Notes under the pieces: model-generated
Database searches by the model: none
What the model was told of the DNA's origin: nothing
The model's input: the letters and a program-made list of their open reading frames with translations, nothing else
In this document: positions 45,185 to 55,843 of the stretch, one piece after another
Position numbering within the stretch: the first letter of the stretch is position 1
How the letters are laid out: each line of letters opens with the position of its first letter
IMG/VR virus record: IMGVR_UViG_3300034417_000033
Span: 1 to 64,000 of that record
Source: a virus
Direction: 5' to 3' (one strand)
DNA length: 64,000 nt
Position numbers and translations under genes: made by a program

Positions 45185-46285
45185 TCAGAGATCAGGTAAT
45201 TCATCAGAGTCGATGTCCCCTGACATAACTCCTATTACATAGTTTGTAGATTCACTTTCTTGTAACGCGGTTTGTTTTTTATTAATATTTAAATGTCTGT
45301 TAAACCAAGGGATAGGCGATGTTTTGGGATGATCATTTAAATACTTGATGCCAATGTCTTTTAGTTTTGTAAACGCAGTCCAATCGACAAAGTCACGCAA
45401 AATGTTTTCATTCAATCCAATCACAACACCTTTTTGGAACAAATAGTTTGCCCAAGATTTTTCTTCTTCAATTACAGACAAGTACATTTGGTATACTTCT
45501 TCCGCACACTCTTTTTCTAAGTTAGCAAAGTCAGCATCGTCTTTAGTAACGTTATTTATAAGCCAAGCAGTCCATTCAGTGTGTAATAGCTCATCTTGTA
45601 AGATCAAACTAATGATATTACCGTTACCAATAAAGATTTTGTTTTCTACCATAGCAAGGCTTGTCGCAAACGAAACCATAAAACGCAATGCTTCAAGAGC
45701 ATAGCTTGCATGTAATGCTAACCAAATTGCTTTCTTATGTTCGTATGTATCTACAGCAATACCTACTTCTACTTTACAGTTAAGCAAATGCAAAGCATCG
45801 TAATACTCACCGATGTTTGCTGCCATCGACACAATTTCTTGTGTGTCGTGGATAGAATCAAACACATCTTTTGGCACGCCATAAATATTTCTAATAATGT
45901 GACTGTACGACTTAGAGTGAATGTTGCTTTCAAACATTGACCAGATAGAAACAAGTGATTCTAATTCTGGAACTGAACAAACAGGTGTAAATATTTGTGA
46001 TGGTGCTTTACCTTGCACAGAATCCAATGCTGTTTGTCTTAACAAGTTAGCAGTGAACATGTGCTTGATTGCGTCTGATGCTTCTTTAAAATCAATTTTA
46101 TCTTTTGTTAAACTAACTTCTTCTGGAACCCAAAAGAAGCCACGTTGCATTTCTTCAAACCTTGCAAGTTTAGGATAACGATATTCTTCGAAACGCTGAA
46201 CCGTTACCGGTCCGGCTGGATCTAGAAACATTTTCCTATTCAAGTAGTTTGTTGGTGTAGCTAAATTATATTGGTACTTACTCAT
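45185..46285 (-). CDS. nrdB: Ribonucleotide reductase class Ia beta subunit
   Basis: FFWVPEEVSL.KD, LDSVQG, E.NIHSKSY.HI, LE..RF..SF, DE.LH, QE.E...Y. Confidence 0.96.
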   Translation of the reverse strand: MSKYQYNLATPTNYLNRKMFLDPAGPVTVQRFEEYRYPKLARFEEMQRGFFWVPEEVSLTKDKIDFKEASDAIKHMFTANLLRQTALDSVQGKAPSQIFTPVCSVPELESLVSIWSMFESNIHSKSYSHIIRNIYGVPKDVFDSIHDTQEIVSMAANIGEYYDALHLLNCKVEVGIAVDTYEHKKAIWLALHASYALEALRFMVSFATSLAMVENKIFIGNGNIISLILQDELLHTEWTAWLINNVTKDDADFANLEKECAEEVYQMYLSVIEEEKSWANYLFQKGVVIGLNENILRDFVDWTAFTKLKDIGIKYLNDHPKTSPIPWFNRHLNINKKQTALQESESTNYVIGVMSGDIDSDELPDL

Positions 46286-48588
46286 AAAACACACGCCTCA
46301 CATTGTTCTTCATCTTCAAATTGTTCTAACACTGTGCTTACTACTGCATCAGCTTCTTTTGCCCCTGACTTGTTAATTAAAGAATAGTACATTGTCTTTA
46401 ATCCCCACTTGTGTGCCAACATCAAGTTCTTAGCAATAAGTGTTGCTGGAACTTTTCTTTCTGGGAAGAAAGCAGGGTTGTAAAATGTATTAGTGCTCAA
46501 GCTCTGATCTACATACGCTGCAATTACTGCTGCTGTTTTTAAATAACTAGAGCAGTCCATTTGTTCCCACATAAGTTGATAACGGTTTTTCAAACGTCTA
46601 TACTCTGGAACAACTTGTACAAAACTACCTGCTTTAGATTCTTTAACGGAAATCAATTCCATTGGCATCTCAATTCCGTTTGTAGAATTTAATACCACTG
46701 ACGAACTTTCAACTGGAGCAACAGCCATCAATGTTGCATTACGGATACCATACGTTAACAACATTTTACGCAAGGGTTCCCAATCCATCGACGGTGTAAA
46801 GTCAGCAAGTTCATTAACACCTTTGGATCTACGTTCCCATGGGAACACACCTTTGCCATAATACGTGTCTGCGCTGTTTTTACATGCGCCACGTTCTTTA
46901 GCAAGTTCGACACTCATTTCTGTTAAGTAGTATGCTTGGTGTTCCATCCATTTCTTAACTTCTGCCAAACTGTCTTTTTCGCCATATTTAAAATTACGAC
47001 GTGCATGCCAGTATGCAAGGTTTGTGATACCGATGCCAAGCGGCTCAAATTCCAAATTAGCCAATTGGCTTTGCACTGACAAGAAGTCCTGATAGCTAAG
47101 TAAGTTACTCAGGCTACGCACAAGGATACGACATGCTTTACGCATTTCTGCTGGATTACGGAACGAACCCCAGTTAATAGAACCAAGTGTACACAGTGCA
47201 ATTCTTCCTTTAATATCTTCAATACGTTGGAAGGGAATTGTTGGCAACAGGATTTCTTGGCACAGGTTAGATTGATAAATTGGGTTAACCATTGTATCAA
47301 ACGGTCCTTGATTAATAACGTTATCTACGTTAACAAGATAAATTCTGCCTGTGTCAGTTCGTTCTTTAAGAATTCCTTGTTTGAAGATTTCTTCTGCAGG
47401 AATAACTTTTTTCTTAATGCCTTTCTTGTGTTCGTACTCTTCATACAATTTGTCAAACTGTTCTGTGTTGCGATAGAACGCTTCGTACAAATCTGGAACT
47501 TCGCTTGGATCAAACAAAGTGATGTTTTCTTTGTTTTTAAATCTGCGCCAAAAGAACGCGCTAAGTACAACAGAATAATCCATTTGTCTTACACGAGTTT
47601 CTTCTGTACCCTGGTTGTTCTTTAAAACAATCAAGTCTTCAAACTGTAAGTGCCAAATAGGGAACGTAACTGTACAGCTTGCGTTACGAATACCGCCTTG
47701 CGAGCACGAACGTAAATCACCAAACCATTTCTTTAAGAACGGAATGAGACCTGTGTGTTTAATTTCGCCATTTCTAATAGGAGATCCAACTGGACGAATG
47801 CGACCAATCTCAAGACCAATACCAGCACGTTTAGAAGCATACTTAGCCATCATCTCGCCAGAAGCAAAGATGGAATCAAGTGTGTCATCAGACGAAATTA
47901 ATACGCAAGACGAAAACTGCTTAGTTGTTGTTCCAAGGCCTGCCAATACTGGTGTTGCAAGTGTAAACTGGCCTGCGCTTGCGCATTCATAATACTCTTT
48001 TACTAATTTTAATCTCAGGTCTTTAGATTCATTGTGAAACGCTGTTGCTGCCGCTAGTGCATAACGAACTTGTGGCGTTTCATAAATTTGACCAGTTGCT
48101 CTATTTTGCACAAGATATTTTTCTGCAAACTGTGCAATAGCAGCGTATGTGTAATCTTCATCTTTAGAGTGATCAATAAAGAGATCAATTATTCCCCATT
48201 CGTCTTCTGTGTACCAATCTAACAATTCTGATGTATATACACCAGCAGCCACATTCGTGTTTACAATGTCAAATAGTTTTGGGGGCGTGTACGTCCCATA
48301 CACTTCTTTTCTGAGCATAGACACTTTTTGTCTGCCAGCCACATACTGGTAGTTAGTGTTGTTTATTTCTGGATTTTCTGTCTCGTCAATCAAATCAACC
48401 ATCGCCTTTAACAAAAGCTCATCGATAGTTTTTGTGCTCATCCCTGTATGGATTTCGATTTGTGATTTAATTTCAATCATTGAAGGACTTACACCTTCAA
48501 TACCTCGACAAGCGTTTGCTACTTGACGTTGTATTTTAGAAATATCGAGAGGTACCCGTTCACCGTTTCTTTTAACGACTGTAATCAT
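46282..48588 (-). CDS. nrdA: Ribonucleotide reductase class Ia alpha subunit
   Basis: ATP cone VVKRNG, QFSSC, SCSQGG.R, SNLCQEI, LCTL, C-terminal CEAC. Confidence 0.97.
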   Translation of the reverse strand: MITVVKRNGERVPLDISKIQRQVANACRGIEGVSPSMIEIKSQIEIHTGMSTKTIDELLLKAMVDLIDETENPEINNTNYQYVAGRQKVSMLRKEVYGTYTPPKLFDIVNTNVAAGVYTSELLDWYTEDEWGIIDLFIDHSKDEDYTYAAIAQFAEKYLVQNRATGQIYETPQVRYALAAATAFHNESKDLRLKLVKEYYECASAGQFTLATPVLAGLGTTTKQFSSCVLISSDDTLDSIFASGEMMAKYASKRAGIGLEIGRIRPVGSPIRNGEIKHTGLIPFLKKWFGDLRSCSQGGIRNASCTVTFPIWHLQFEDLIVLKNNQGTEETRVRQMDYSVVLSAFFWRRFKNKENITLFDPSEVPDLYEAFYRNTEQFDKLYEEYEHKKGIKKKVIPAEEIFKQGILKERTDTGRIYLVNVDNVINQGPFDTMVNPIYQSNLCQEILLPTIPFQRIEDIKGRIALCTLGSINWGSFRNPAEMRKACRILVRSLSNLLSYQDFLSVQSQLANLEFEPLGIGITNLAYWHARRNFKYGEKDSLAEVKKWMEHQAYYLTEMSVELAKERGACKNSADTYYGKGVFPWERRSKGVNELADFTPSMDWEPLRKMLLTYGIRNATLMAVAPVESSSVVLNSTNGIEMPMELISVKESKAGSFVQVVPEYRRLKNRYQLMWEQMDCSSYLKTAAVIAAYVDQSLSTNTFYNPAFFPERKVPATLIAKNLMLAHKWGLKTMYYSLINKSGAKEADAVVSTVLEQFEDEEQCEACVL

Positions 48589-48616
48589 GTATTGTTTACC
48601 TTATTATTATTATATG

Positions 48617-49066
48617 TTAGACTATTTTGGTAACTTCTTTTGTAAAAATTTCCACAGTCTTAATATCTTTTTTGATTTTTTCTAAAGTGGCGATGTCGCC
48701 ATGATAGTAATTGATAACGTATTTATTATCAAAAACTACAACCAGATAGCGATCCTGGTTATCATCTATCAAGTGAAGATGCAGCTTTTCTCTCTCCACA
48801 TCTGCTAAAATTACATACAGTGTATGGAAGATTAGTAGTGCCGCAGTGTTCTTACAGAACAAACTATCTATTAAAATTTCCCAAGGCGTAGGCCAAGTTT
48901 GCGGAGTATAAAAATCTATAGACCTTGCCCCCATCGGGAAAGATCTAAAGAAATTTGCGGTTTGTTGTAATTGGTCTATCTGTGGGAGATTAGAAAGTTC
49001 TTTTCTTAGGTCTCTCCATAATACTATTCTTTTATCTACAGGAGTATTATTCCAATCAATTATCAT
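48617..49066 (-). CDS. Conserved hypothetical protein
   Basis: R...WR.LR...WPTPWEI.....FC motif. Confidence 0.7.
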   Translation of the reverse strand: MIIDWNNTPVDKRIVLWRDLRKELSNLPQIDQLQQTANFFRSFPMGARSIDFYTPQTWPTPWEILIDSLFCKNTAALLIFHTLYVILADVEREKLHLHLIDDNQDRYLVVVFDNKYVINYYHGDIATLEKIKKDIKTVEIFTKEVTKIV

Positions 49067-50924
49067 CGAAACTTTTCCATCTGCGAGCGATGACTTTCAT
49101 AATTACAGGAGCGCCAAACTGATGTCTGTACATTACTGATACTACTTTAGTCACAGCATCGTATGAAGTTGAAAATTCAACATCAGGAGCAGTTGGACTA
49201 TCTGTGTTTAACACAGTGTTGTTTCTAATTTCAACTGACTGATCCGACAACGTAGACTCTGACCCAACAATTAACGGGTTACAAACAACAGTCAACTTTC
49301 CAGCTTGTTGGAAATCTGGGCCGGAGTGCAAGCTGTATTCCATAAACTGTATGTCCGAAACAATTATTGAATATTCTAATGGTAAAGAACTAGAGTCTGA
49401 CTGTGCAGGATTTTGAACTTTTGTAAATATTGCCGATGCTGGCAGTTCATAAGTATACACTGCGTCATACAGTGTGTCTGGAGATACACCAGCAGTTGTT
49501 AATTCAGTAATAATCTCTACGTTTTGCTTTGTTGTAACATACCCTTTGTCGTAATTACTCAAGGAGTTAATTAATGCAGCAACGTTGGACGATTGTCTAG
49601 GTGTTGTTAAGAATAAAAACCCATTAATCATTTTGTTTCCGAACGGATTCAAATTGAAGTTATCTGGATTCCCTAAAGTTCCAGAACCAAAACTGTCAAG
49701 TTTAGGGTTTGTTATAGTATCAGCGCCTGACAATGCCGCTGTGTTCATATAGTTAATAAGGAATTCAAGTCTACCATCTATTGCAGCAGAAGTGTCATCC
49801 GGGCCAGACAGCGATGTGTTACTTTCAGGATATTGTGATCCGCCAACACTGTCGCCCAAACCAACATCATATATAAAAGAATACAACGAGTTCGATAGTG
49901 GTGCTTGTATTACAACTGTTGCAGTTGTATACCCAGACCCAGTGTTTACAGGTGTAAATCCAGTTACAAACCCAGTGTTTAAATCTACTATCGCAGTAAA
50001 TTTTGCGTTGATGCCGTTGCCCACAATAGTAACTTCTGGAGAGCCGCCATAATATGCGCCTGGCGTCAATAGTGTTATGGATTGAATTGATCCAGAAACA
50101 ATGTTAGCCGTTGCAGTTGCAGTTATAGCAGACTGGGTTGGAGCAGTCAACTCCACCACAGTATTAATGTCGTATCCAGTACCAGGATTATTGATTGTGA
50201 ATCCAATTACGCGACCTTCACCATCAGATGAAATAATTGCTGTTGCAGATGCACCTGACCCTGGAATTGGGCCGCCGCCATAGTTAGAAATAGTAACGCT
50301 AGGAGGAACAAGATATCCCAACCCAGCGTTGTCAATAATAAACCCTGTAATAGCGCCGGCCGTTACAACTGGAGTTACCTCTGCTTGTGTTTCAACAGTT
50401 TCTGTCCAATCGTATGTTATTAGCGTGCCTGGTCTAAAATCTTCGTAGGCTGAAGTTCCGTGACGAGCGCCATACTCAACAGATGCTAACACTACGTCGT
50501 TTAAATCTCTAAGAATAGTAATGTTTTGCTCTAATGCTGTTACCACATCTCTATTCTGTGGGTCAACAAACACAGAAGATGGAATTAAACCTAATTGCTG
50601 AAGAAGATCAGATTCGTTTGCTTTGGTGTTCACGTCTTGAATAAGTTGCACTGCATTGTACAGACGTCTTTTCTTAGTAACGAACTGGAGTATTTTGTAG
50701 TTGATAATGCCCTGAACAATGTTCTGTCCATTAAGAACTTGTCCCTGGAATAATTCAATACCAGAGATTGCATCTTGTGCATCAAGACCGATGAAGAGTT
50801 GCTTAGTATCAAGACACCAGCCAAGTTCACCTGGCTCTAAAGGTTGTGGGAGATTTACTCTATTACCACGACGGTTTTGTATTCTTGCTACGACAATTTT
50901 ACTAGAAGAAAAATCAGTTGCCAT
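49056..50924 (-). CDS. Virion structural protein (tail/baseplate-like)
   Basis: RIQNRRG....LPQPL.PGELGW..D..QLFIG; repeated G.GY...P.VTI units; CATAAATA at 50950-50957. Confidence 0.75.
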   Translation of the reverse strand: MATDFSSSKIVVARIQNRRGNRVNLPQPLEPGELGWCLDTKQLFIGLDAQDAISGIELFQGQVLNGQNIVQGIINYKILQFVTKKRRLYNAVQLIQDVNTKANESDLLQQLGLIPSSVFVDPQNRDVVTALEQNITILRDLNDVVLASVEYGARHGTSAYEDFRPGTLITYDWTETVETQAEVTPVVTAGAITGFIIDNAGLGYLVPPSVTISNYGGGPIPGSGASATAIISSDGEGRVIGFTINNPGTGYDINTVVELTAPTQSAITATATANIVSGSIQSITLLTPGAYYGGSPEVTIVGNGINAKFTAIVDLNTGFVTGFTPVNTGSGYTTATVVIQAPLSNSLYSFIYDVGLGDSVGGSQYPESNTSLSGPDDTSAAIDGRLEFLINYMNTAALSGADTITNPKLDSFGSGTLGNPDNFNLNPFGNKMINGFLFLTTPRQSSNVAALINSLSNYDKGYVTTKQNVEIITELTTAGVSPDTLYDAVYTYELPASAIFTKVQNPAQSDSSSLPLEYSIIVSDIQFMEYSLHSGPDFQQAGKLTVVCNPLIVGSESTLSDQSVEIRNNTVLNTDSPTAPDVEFSTSYDAVTKVVSVMYRHQFGAPVIMKVIARRWKSFDDN

Positions 50925-50961
50925 TTAAATGTCCCTGTGTTGTATCTTATATTTATGACTT

Positions 50962-51627
50962 TTATAAGGTGTTTTTATAATAATTGTAAACTCTTTCAAG
51001 CCACATATCTTTATACTTGTGGTATTCCGAGCCCTCAATGACAAATTCCTGGTATGCTCCTTCTCGGGACATCATCAAGATTACGCCAGTTTCAATGTTT
51101 GTGCCAAACAGCGCATTATGTGCTTCGCCATATGCACAAAGTTGCAGCTTGTAATCTTCAACCCACTCATCTTTTTTGGCGCGGCGGGCGTTTTTATAAT
51201 CTATAATGGCAGGCTTATGTTTCCATTTGCCAACCAAGTCAGTTGTACCTGCGAAAAGCTGGGGATAGTAGACTGTTGCCTCAATCCCCCAAATTTCCGT
51301 CACATGCTTAAGACCCTTTCGGATAATAGTATCAGCAAACATCTTCGATATTAACGGTCCAGTTCTCTCTGGTTTATCAAGCAAAAAGTTTTCTAAATTA
51401 GAATGAAGATGCGTTCCGATGTTTTGGGCTTCTTCTGTAATTCTTTTTGCTTCATCGTCGCCTACACGTTCCCTCCATTGGTCAAGAAAAGAAGTGTCTT
51501 TTCCATAAGAAAGAATTGTAGTGACTGAAGGTAATTTATATCCGTCTTGTGTATCGTAAAAGCGAATGCCGTTGTTCTCTATTCGCTCTAATTTTTTATA
51601 ATTGTATAAGTTGAGCATCTTATTCAT
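50962..51627 (-). CDS. PD-(D/E)xK (Cas4-like) exonuclease
   Basis: LPSVTTIL, W..RVG..EA, GT..H..LE, AGT.D, IIDYK, LQL.AY..A. Confidence 0.88.
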   Translation of the reverse strand: MNKMLNLYNYKKLERIENNGIRFYDTQDGYKLPSVTTILSYGKDTSFLDQWRERVGDDEAKRITEEAQNIGTHLHSNLENFLLDKPERTGPLISKMFADTIIRKGLKHVTEIWGIEATVYYPQLFAGTTDLVGKWKHKPAIIDYKNARRAKKDEWVEDYKLQLCAYGEAHNALFGTNIETGVILMMSREGAYQEFVIEGSEYHKYKDMWLERVYNYYKNTL

Positions 51628-51632
51628 ACCGT

Positions 51633-51661
51633 AGTATAGCTTAAGATGCTGGGTATGTCAA
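51633..51661 (-). promoter_or_regulatory. Sigma70-type promoter (leaderless exonuclease mRNA)
   Basis: TTGACA-17bp-TATACT, then 5 nt to the ATG at 51627. Confidence 0.8.
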
Positions 51662-51673
51662 GTGTTTTCTACA

Positions 51674-52564
51674 TTACCACTTAACAGTCCACTGAAGTGT
51701 GGTTCCTGTCGATGGGTTTTCTGCAAGTGTAATGCTGTATCCCAAGTCAGTGAAATGCTTTTTAACATAATCTATTTGGTCTTGGATGATAGGGTCTTTA
51801 GAAGTCCCTGCAACAACATCGTAATAAGGATACGAATCAGGCTTAGCATCGTTGTTAAGATCCTGAGGTGTTGTCATTGGAGTATTTACGTCAACTGTTA
51901 CAGGAGATGTGTTTGTGTACAATTTTGTATACAACAAGCCAGTTTCAGTCGATAACACAATTCCCCAAAGTAATGGATCCATACCAAGGTCAACATCAGT
52001 GGATTGTACTACCCATCCAGTGTTTGCTTGAGTTCCCTCTGTTACATACACTGCTGCGTTCGGAACGTCAGTGTCGAGATTAAAATCAACTACTCTTGCC
52101 CAACCAAACTCACTAGCAGCGAAAAGGCCGTTTTGTTCAGGACGTGTTTGGTTCTTAACTAACACTCTATCCTGATCGACAGTTTGAATTCCGTCAATTA
52201 CAAGTAACCCGCCAGTTATAATATCTATATCAGCGGTAGTTGCAAGACGAACAGGAGTATGCCATGTAATGCCGGATGGTGACGGGGAAACCCAAACATC
52301 GCCTGCATTAGGATTAGCAGGAGATATTGTCTGAACATATACTGTCCCATTAACATTTGTTTTAGGAACTGCAACAGCAACCCAAGCATATGTAGCTGGT
52401 GTTGACGATGTCATATGTGGAACTAAAGTAGAACGCTTATGCAAGTCTATTTGCACTAAAATTGATTGTTGAATCGCACAAATCTCTTTAAAGATTACAG
52501 CATAATCTCTAGAGCTAATCTTAGCATCTGATGCGGGTAAAAAAGAACTTGAGTCGCAGGTCAT
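51674..52564 (-). CDS. Virion structural protein with inserted tail-fibre-type domain
   Basis: VRLATTA.I...GL..IDG....DRVLVKNQT...NG.F; C-terminal F..LGY.I....N..TG.T..W...W. Confidence 0.7.
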   Translation of the reverse strand: MTCDSSSFLPASDAKISSRDYAVIFKEICAIQQSILVQIDLHKRSTLVPHMTSSTPATYAWVAVAVPKTNVNGTVYVQTISPANPNAGDVWVSPSPSGITWHTPVRLATTADIDIITGGLLVIDGIQTVDQDRVLVKNQTRPEQNGLFAASEFGWARVVDFNLDTDVPNAAVYVTEGTQANTGWVVQSTDVDLGMDPLLWGIVLSTETGLLYTKLYTNTSPVTVDVNTPMTTPQDLNNDAKPDSYPYYDVVAGTSKDPIIQDQIDYVKKHFTDLGYSITLAENPSTGTTLQWTVKW

Positions 52565-52575
52565 TTATATCTTCC

Positions 52576-52905
52576 TCAATTAACTGCTTTTTGGGCTAAA
52601 TCCGAAACCATATCACTGCTGCTTTGGCCATCGCCACCATTATCGCCGCCCATCGAAGAATCTTCTTTAGCTCCCAACGTAACAGACTTTTCATTTGCAT
52701 CTGAAACAAATGGGCTGCTTTGTAAAACAGGAATCAAAGATTCTGCGTCTGCATTAAAGCCCATTTGATTAAGTTGCTGACAAAGTTTACTTGTGTCTAT
52801 TTCAGAAATGCCATTTGCTTTTAATGTTGCAAGCAGGTCAGCCAGGGCTGACTCTACTTTATTAGTATAGTCATTCCCTTCCTGTAATATTTCGTGTGCT
52901 CGCAT
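52576..52905 (-). CDS. Probable head/core protein
   Basis: Starts MRAHEILQE. Confidence 0.65.
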   Translation of the reverse strand: MRAHEILQEGNDYTNKVESALADLLATLKANGISEIDTSKLCQQLNQMGFNADAESLIPVLQSSPFVSDANEKSVTLGAKEDSSMGGDNGGDGQSSSDMVSDLAQKAVN

Positions 52906-52906
52906 C

Positions 52907-54205
52907 TTATTTTCTAGACTTAAGACGTTTAGCTTGTGCAATAAGATTTTTTGTTTCTAAAATTTTACGCTTTAAATCAGCTTCCTTGGATTCTTTTGTT
53001 GCACGTCCCAATGGCTCTTCTTCAGGACCAGCAGCAGCAATGTCGCCACCGAAAGCGTCACCTGCTAAGTCTTCAACATCGTTGCCCAGCTCGTCGTCAA
53101 CACCCATATCGCCCATATCGTTAAAATCTTCACCGCCGCCGATCTCGGCGTCCATATCTGTTTCAGCATCCATTCCACCACCAGTGGAAATGCTTGTTAC
53201 AGATGCATCAATTTTATCTTTAGTAGAACGCAGATTTCCAAGAACGTTTTCAAGTTCGCTTTGCATTGTAGTTTGAAACGATGCCGCAACGTCTTGACCG
53301 TATGCTTGACGCATTTGATCGGAAACTGGAGGAAGATCTTCGTTCATAAGTCTGCCTACTTTTTCGATCATATCTTGCAATTCTTGACTGAAGCCTTTAG
53401 CAGCAATAATAACTTCTGCTTGCTCAACTTCGCTTTCTAGAAGAGCACGTAATTGTTTTACAAAATTTTCTTTCATTTGTGTGGTCCCTTTTTTTCTAAG
53501 AAGTGCTTGTTTGCCATGTGGGTATGATACTTTTCCGTCATGGTCGTGATTATGGTTATTTTGTGGGGAGTCAACTGTGATGTTGTCCCAATCTATTCCT
53601 GAGCTGCTTTTAGGGCCCGCTTTAATGAATTGGGATGCTCTTTCTCTAGCTGCTGGATCAGCAATATCACGCCCTGTTTTATCTAAATTGGCGTTGTATG
53701 CTTCATCTACTTCTGGCTCAAGCAATTGATTGCCAATGTTCGGCAACAGTTCTTGCACTTTGTTTTTCAAATCATATTCGATTTCGTAATCTGGGAATCT
53801 ATACTTGCTGGAACGGTAATGTTTCATGGCATGTTTGATTGCCTCTTCTTCATCATCGCCAACTTCTACATTCTGCACAACAAAGTTAGCCAAGTTATCA
53901 ATAACTTTAGTATATACTCTGCTTGCTGGGCCTACGCTTCCAGATTCGTTTAATTGCTTCTTGCCGGATATAAGAAGATTTACACCTTCCAGCATAAGCA
54001 ATTGCTTAACAAGCTCCGGATCTTTTGGAGACATGTTTTCCTTAATTTTTAAGGTCATGACATTTTTCTTAATGTCACTTTTAATGTTGTTAAGATCTTC
54101 AACAGAAACTTCAGAATCAAGTGTAAACCCAAAGTTCTCTCTCAAAAACGAGTTGATTTTACCCAACTTAGTGTCTCTGTTAAAATCAAAATCCTGTAAA
54201 AGCAT
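52907..54205 (-). CDS. Probable prohead core/scaffold-like protein
   Basis: Acidic, many L.E sites (QLNES, LLESEVEQAE); GATAAATA at 54234-54241. Confidence 0.65.
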   Translation of the reverse strand: MLLQDFDFNRDTKLGKINSFLRENFGFTLDSEVSVEDLNNIKSDIKKNVMTLKIKENMSPKDPELVKQLLMLEGVNLLISGKKQLNESGSVGPASRVYTKVIDNLANFVVQNVEVGDDEEEAIKHAMKHYRSSKYRFPDYEIEYDLKNKVQELLPNIGNQLLEPEVDEAYNANLDKTGRDIADPAARERASQFIKAGPKSSSGIDWDNITVDSPQNNHNHDHDGKVSYPHGKQALLRKKGTTQMKENFVKQLRALLESEVEQAEVIIAAKGFSQELQDMIEKVGRLMNEDLPPVSDQMRQAYGQDVAASFQTTMQSELENVLGNLRSTKDKIDASVTSISTGGGMDAETDMDAEIGGGEDFNDMGDMGVDDELGNDVEDLAGDAFGGDIAAAGPEEEPLGRATKESKEADLKRKILETKNLIAQAKRLKSRK

Positions 54206-54253
54206 AGTTAAAATTCCTTTAAATTCTTTCTATTATTTATCATATTTCTGTAG

Positions 54254-54697
54254 TTAAACAGAAATTTTCTTCGACTGTATTTTTCGACGCAATCTTTCCA
54301 TTGCATCCATTGCAACTAGTATCCTATCTTCTAACACAAGGTATCTTTCTACATCCTTTTTATCCAATGCAAACGACGCATTGTGTTTATAGAACTTTAA
54401 ATCTTCCTTATGCTTTGCAAACTGTGTATCTAACTCCAACAATGCTGGGATATCAAAATATTTCTTTTTAATCACTCTACCATATATCATAAGTGCTGAA
54501 TCATATAGAAAAATATCAGAATACAATATCTTTCCAGAAACAACACTGTATAAGCCAGTGGTTCGACGTATTAATGAACATGTTCCAGATTGTTGGAGAA
54601 TTTCATCTACTAATGCTGCGGCGTTTATTTTTTTAGCAGCAAGTTCTACGGCCTTCTCTAATGTGTCTATAGCTTTCTTTCTTTTATTTTTATTCAT
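54254..54697 (-). CDS. Hypothetical protein
   Basis: ORF in operon. Confidence 0.65.
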   Translation of the reverse strand: MNKNKRKKAIDTLEKAVELAAKKINAAALVDEILQQSGTCSLIRRTTGLYSVVSGKILYSDIFLYDSALMIYGRVIKKKYFDIPALLELDTQFAKHKEDLKFYKHNASFALDKKDVERYLVLEDRILVAMDAMERLRRKIQSKKISV

Positions 54698-55388
54698 GTC
54701 TGGGCTTTGGGCCCGGTTTTTTATTTGGTTTCAGTTTTCGTAGCTTATTCTTTAATTCATTTTTTGGCATAACTGCGCCAGCAATGGATGCAGAATGTAA
54801 TACACCAAATGTAGATTCTTCAACTCCCAAAGGAGATGATTTATCTTCTATGCCTGCGAGCTGTTTAATTCTCTGTATTTCTTTTTCAGCAGCAGCTTTA
54901 TTTGGTACTTGAGGTGTATTAGTGGCAACAATTTGTTCGGGCCCATTCGTTCTGTAAGTTGTTGCTCCAGCTATATTGTTAACGTTTTTGACGGTAACTT
55001 CCTTTGATTGACCTTTATTTTGTTTTGGTATTCTAACTTTGTCGCCAGCATGTAACTTAGTTAAATCTATTTCTTGGTTACCAGGAGTTGTTGGATTGGC
55101 TGGCTTGCTGGCAGCGTTTAGTGACGCATTTCCAGATTGTGCAGCAGGATCAGGCTGCATAGATTGTTGTGCAGTTGCATACGAGTTTGCACCTTCCTCT
55201 GTTTTTCTAGGAATGTCTGATACTCCTAAAATGTTTGCAACAGTCTGAAGGTCATCAGCATTTATTGCTTTTTCAACATTTACATAGTCACTAAAACTCA
55301 ACTGACGTACTAGTTCCTTTGCTACATCAGTGTCCATTCCTAATCTAGACGACAGTGTATATTCTAACCCTTCTGACAATTTTCTCAT
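54690..55388 (-). CDS. Probable virion protein
   Basis: MRKLSE start, RIKQLAGI motif, V.ES site. Confidence 0.6.
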   Translation of the reverse strand: MRKLSEGLEYTLSSRLGMDTDVAKELVRQLSFSDYVNVEKAINADDLQTVANILGVSDIPRKTEEGANSYATAQQSMQPDPAAQSGNASLNAASKPANPTTPGNQEIDLTKLHAGDKVRIPKQNKGQSKEVTVKNVNNIAGATTYRTNGPEQIVATNTPQVPNKAAAEKEIQRIKQLAGIEDKSSPLGVEESTFGVLHSASIAGAVMPKNELKNKLRKLKPNKKPGPKPRHE

Positions 55389-55834
55389 TTATTAACCTTT
55401 ATAAACTCCACGTTTTTGTTTTCACCCACTGTATTTATCACAGATCCGTTTGGCAAAACAATCCCATGAAGTTCTTTGATTAACAGCCCTACTGGGTCTG
55501 AATCATCTTCAAAAGAGTATTCGTCCTCTACTGCAAACTCCCATATGAACCCCTCACCATCTAGTGTGGGAGAACCCATTAGTTTTAAATCCACAGTCAC
55601 TTTAGGCTCCATCATTACATATGGCATAGACCTAAGAGCAATACTTTGCAACAGTAGTTCAAAGTTTTTTTGACTCTCGTCCTGTATGCTGCCAGTTGTC
55701 AGAATATAGATCCCAGTTGCATCTTCCGGGTATGTTACTGCTTTGGGTGACGAAGCATACATTTTAAAATGCCCAAGACTTTCCACTGATGAGTTGAATT
55801 GAGCTTTTGCGCTTCCGTTAATTCTGTCAGGCAT
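55385..55834 (-). CDS. Probable virion protein
   Basis: RING..., SQKNFE.L.Q.I.LR..P, W.FAVE. Confidence 0.6.
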   Translation of the reverse strand: MPDRINGSAKAQFNSSVESLGHFKMYASSPKAVTYPEDATGIYILTTGSIQDESQKNFELLLQSIALRSMPYVMMEPKVTVDLKLMGSPTLDGEGFIWEFAVEDEYSFEDDSDPVGLLIKELHGIVLPNGSVINTVGENKNVEFIKVNK

Positions 55835-55843
55835 TGCCTATCC

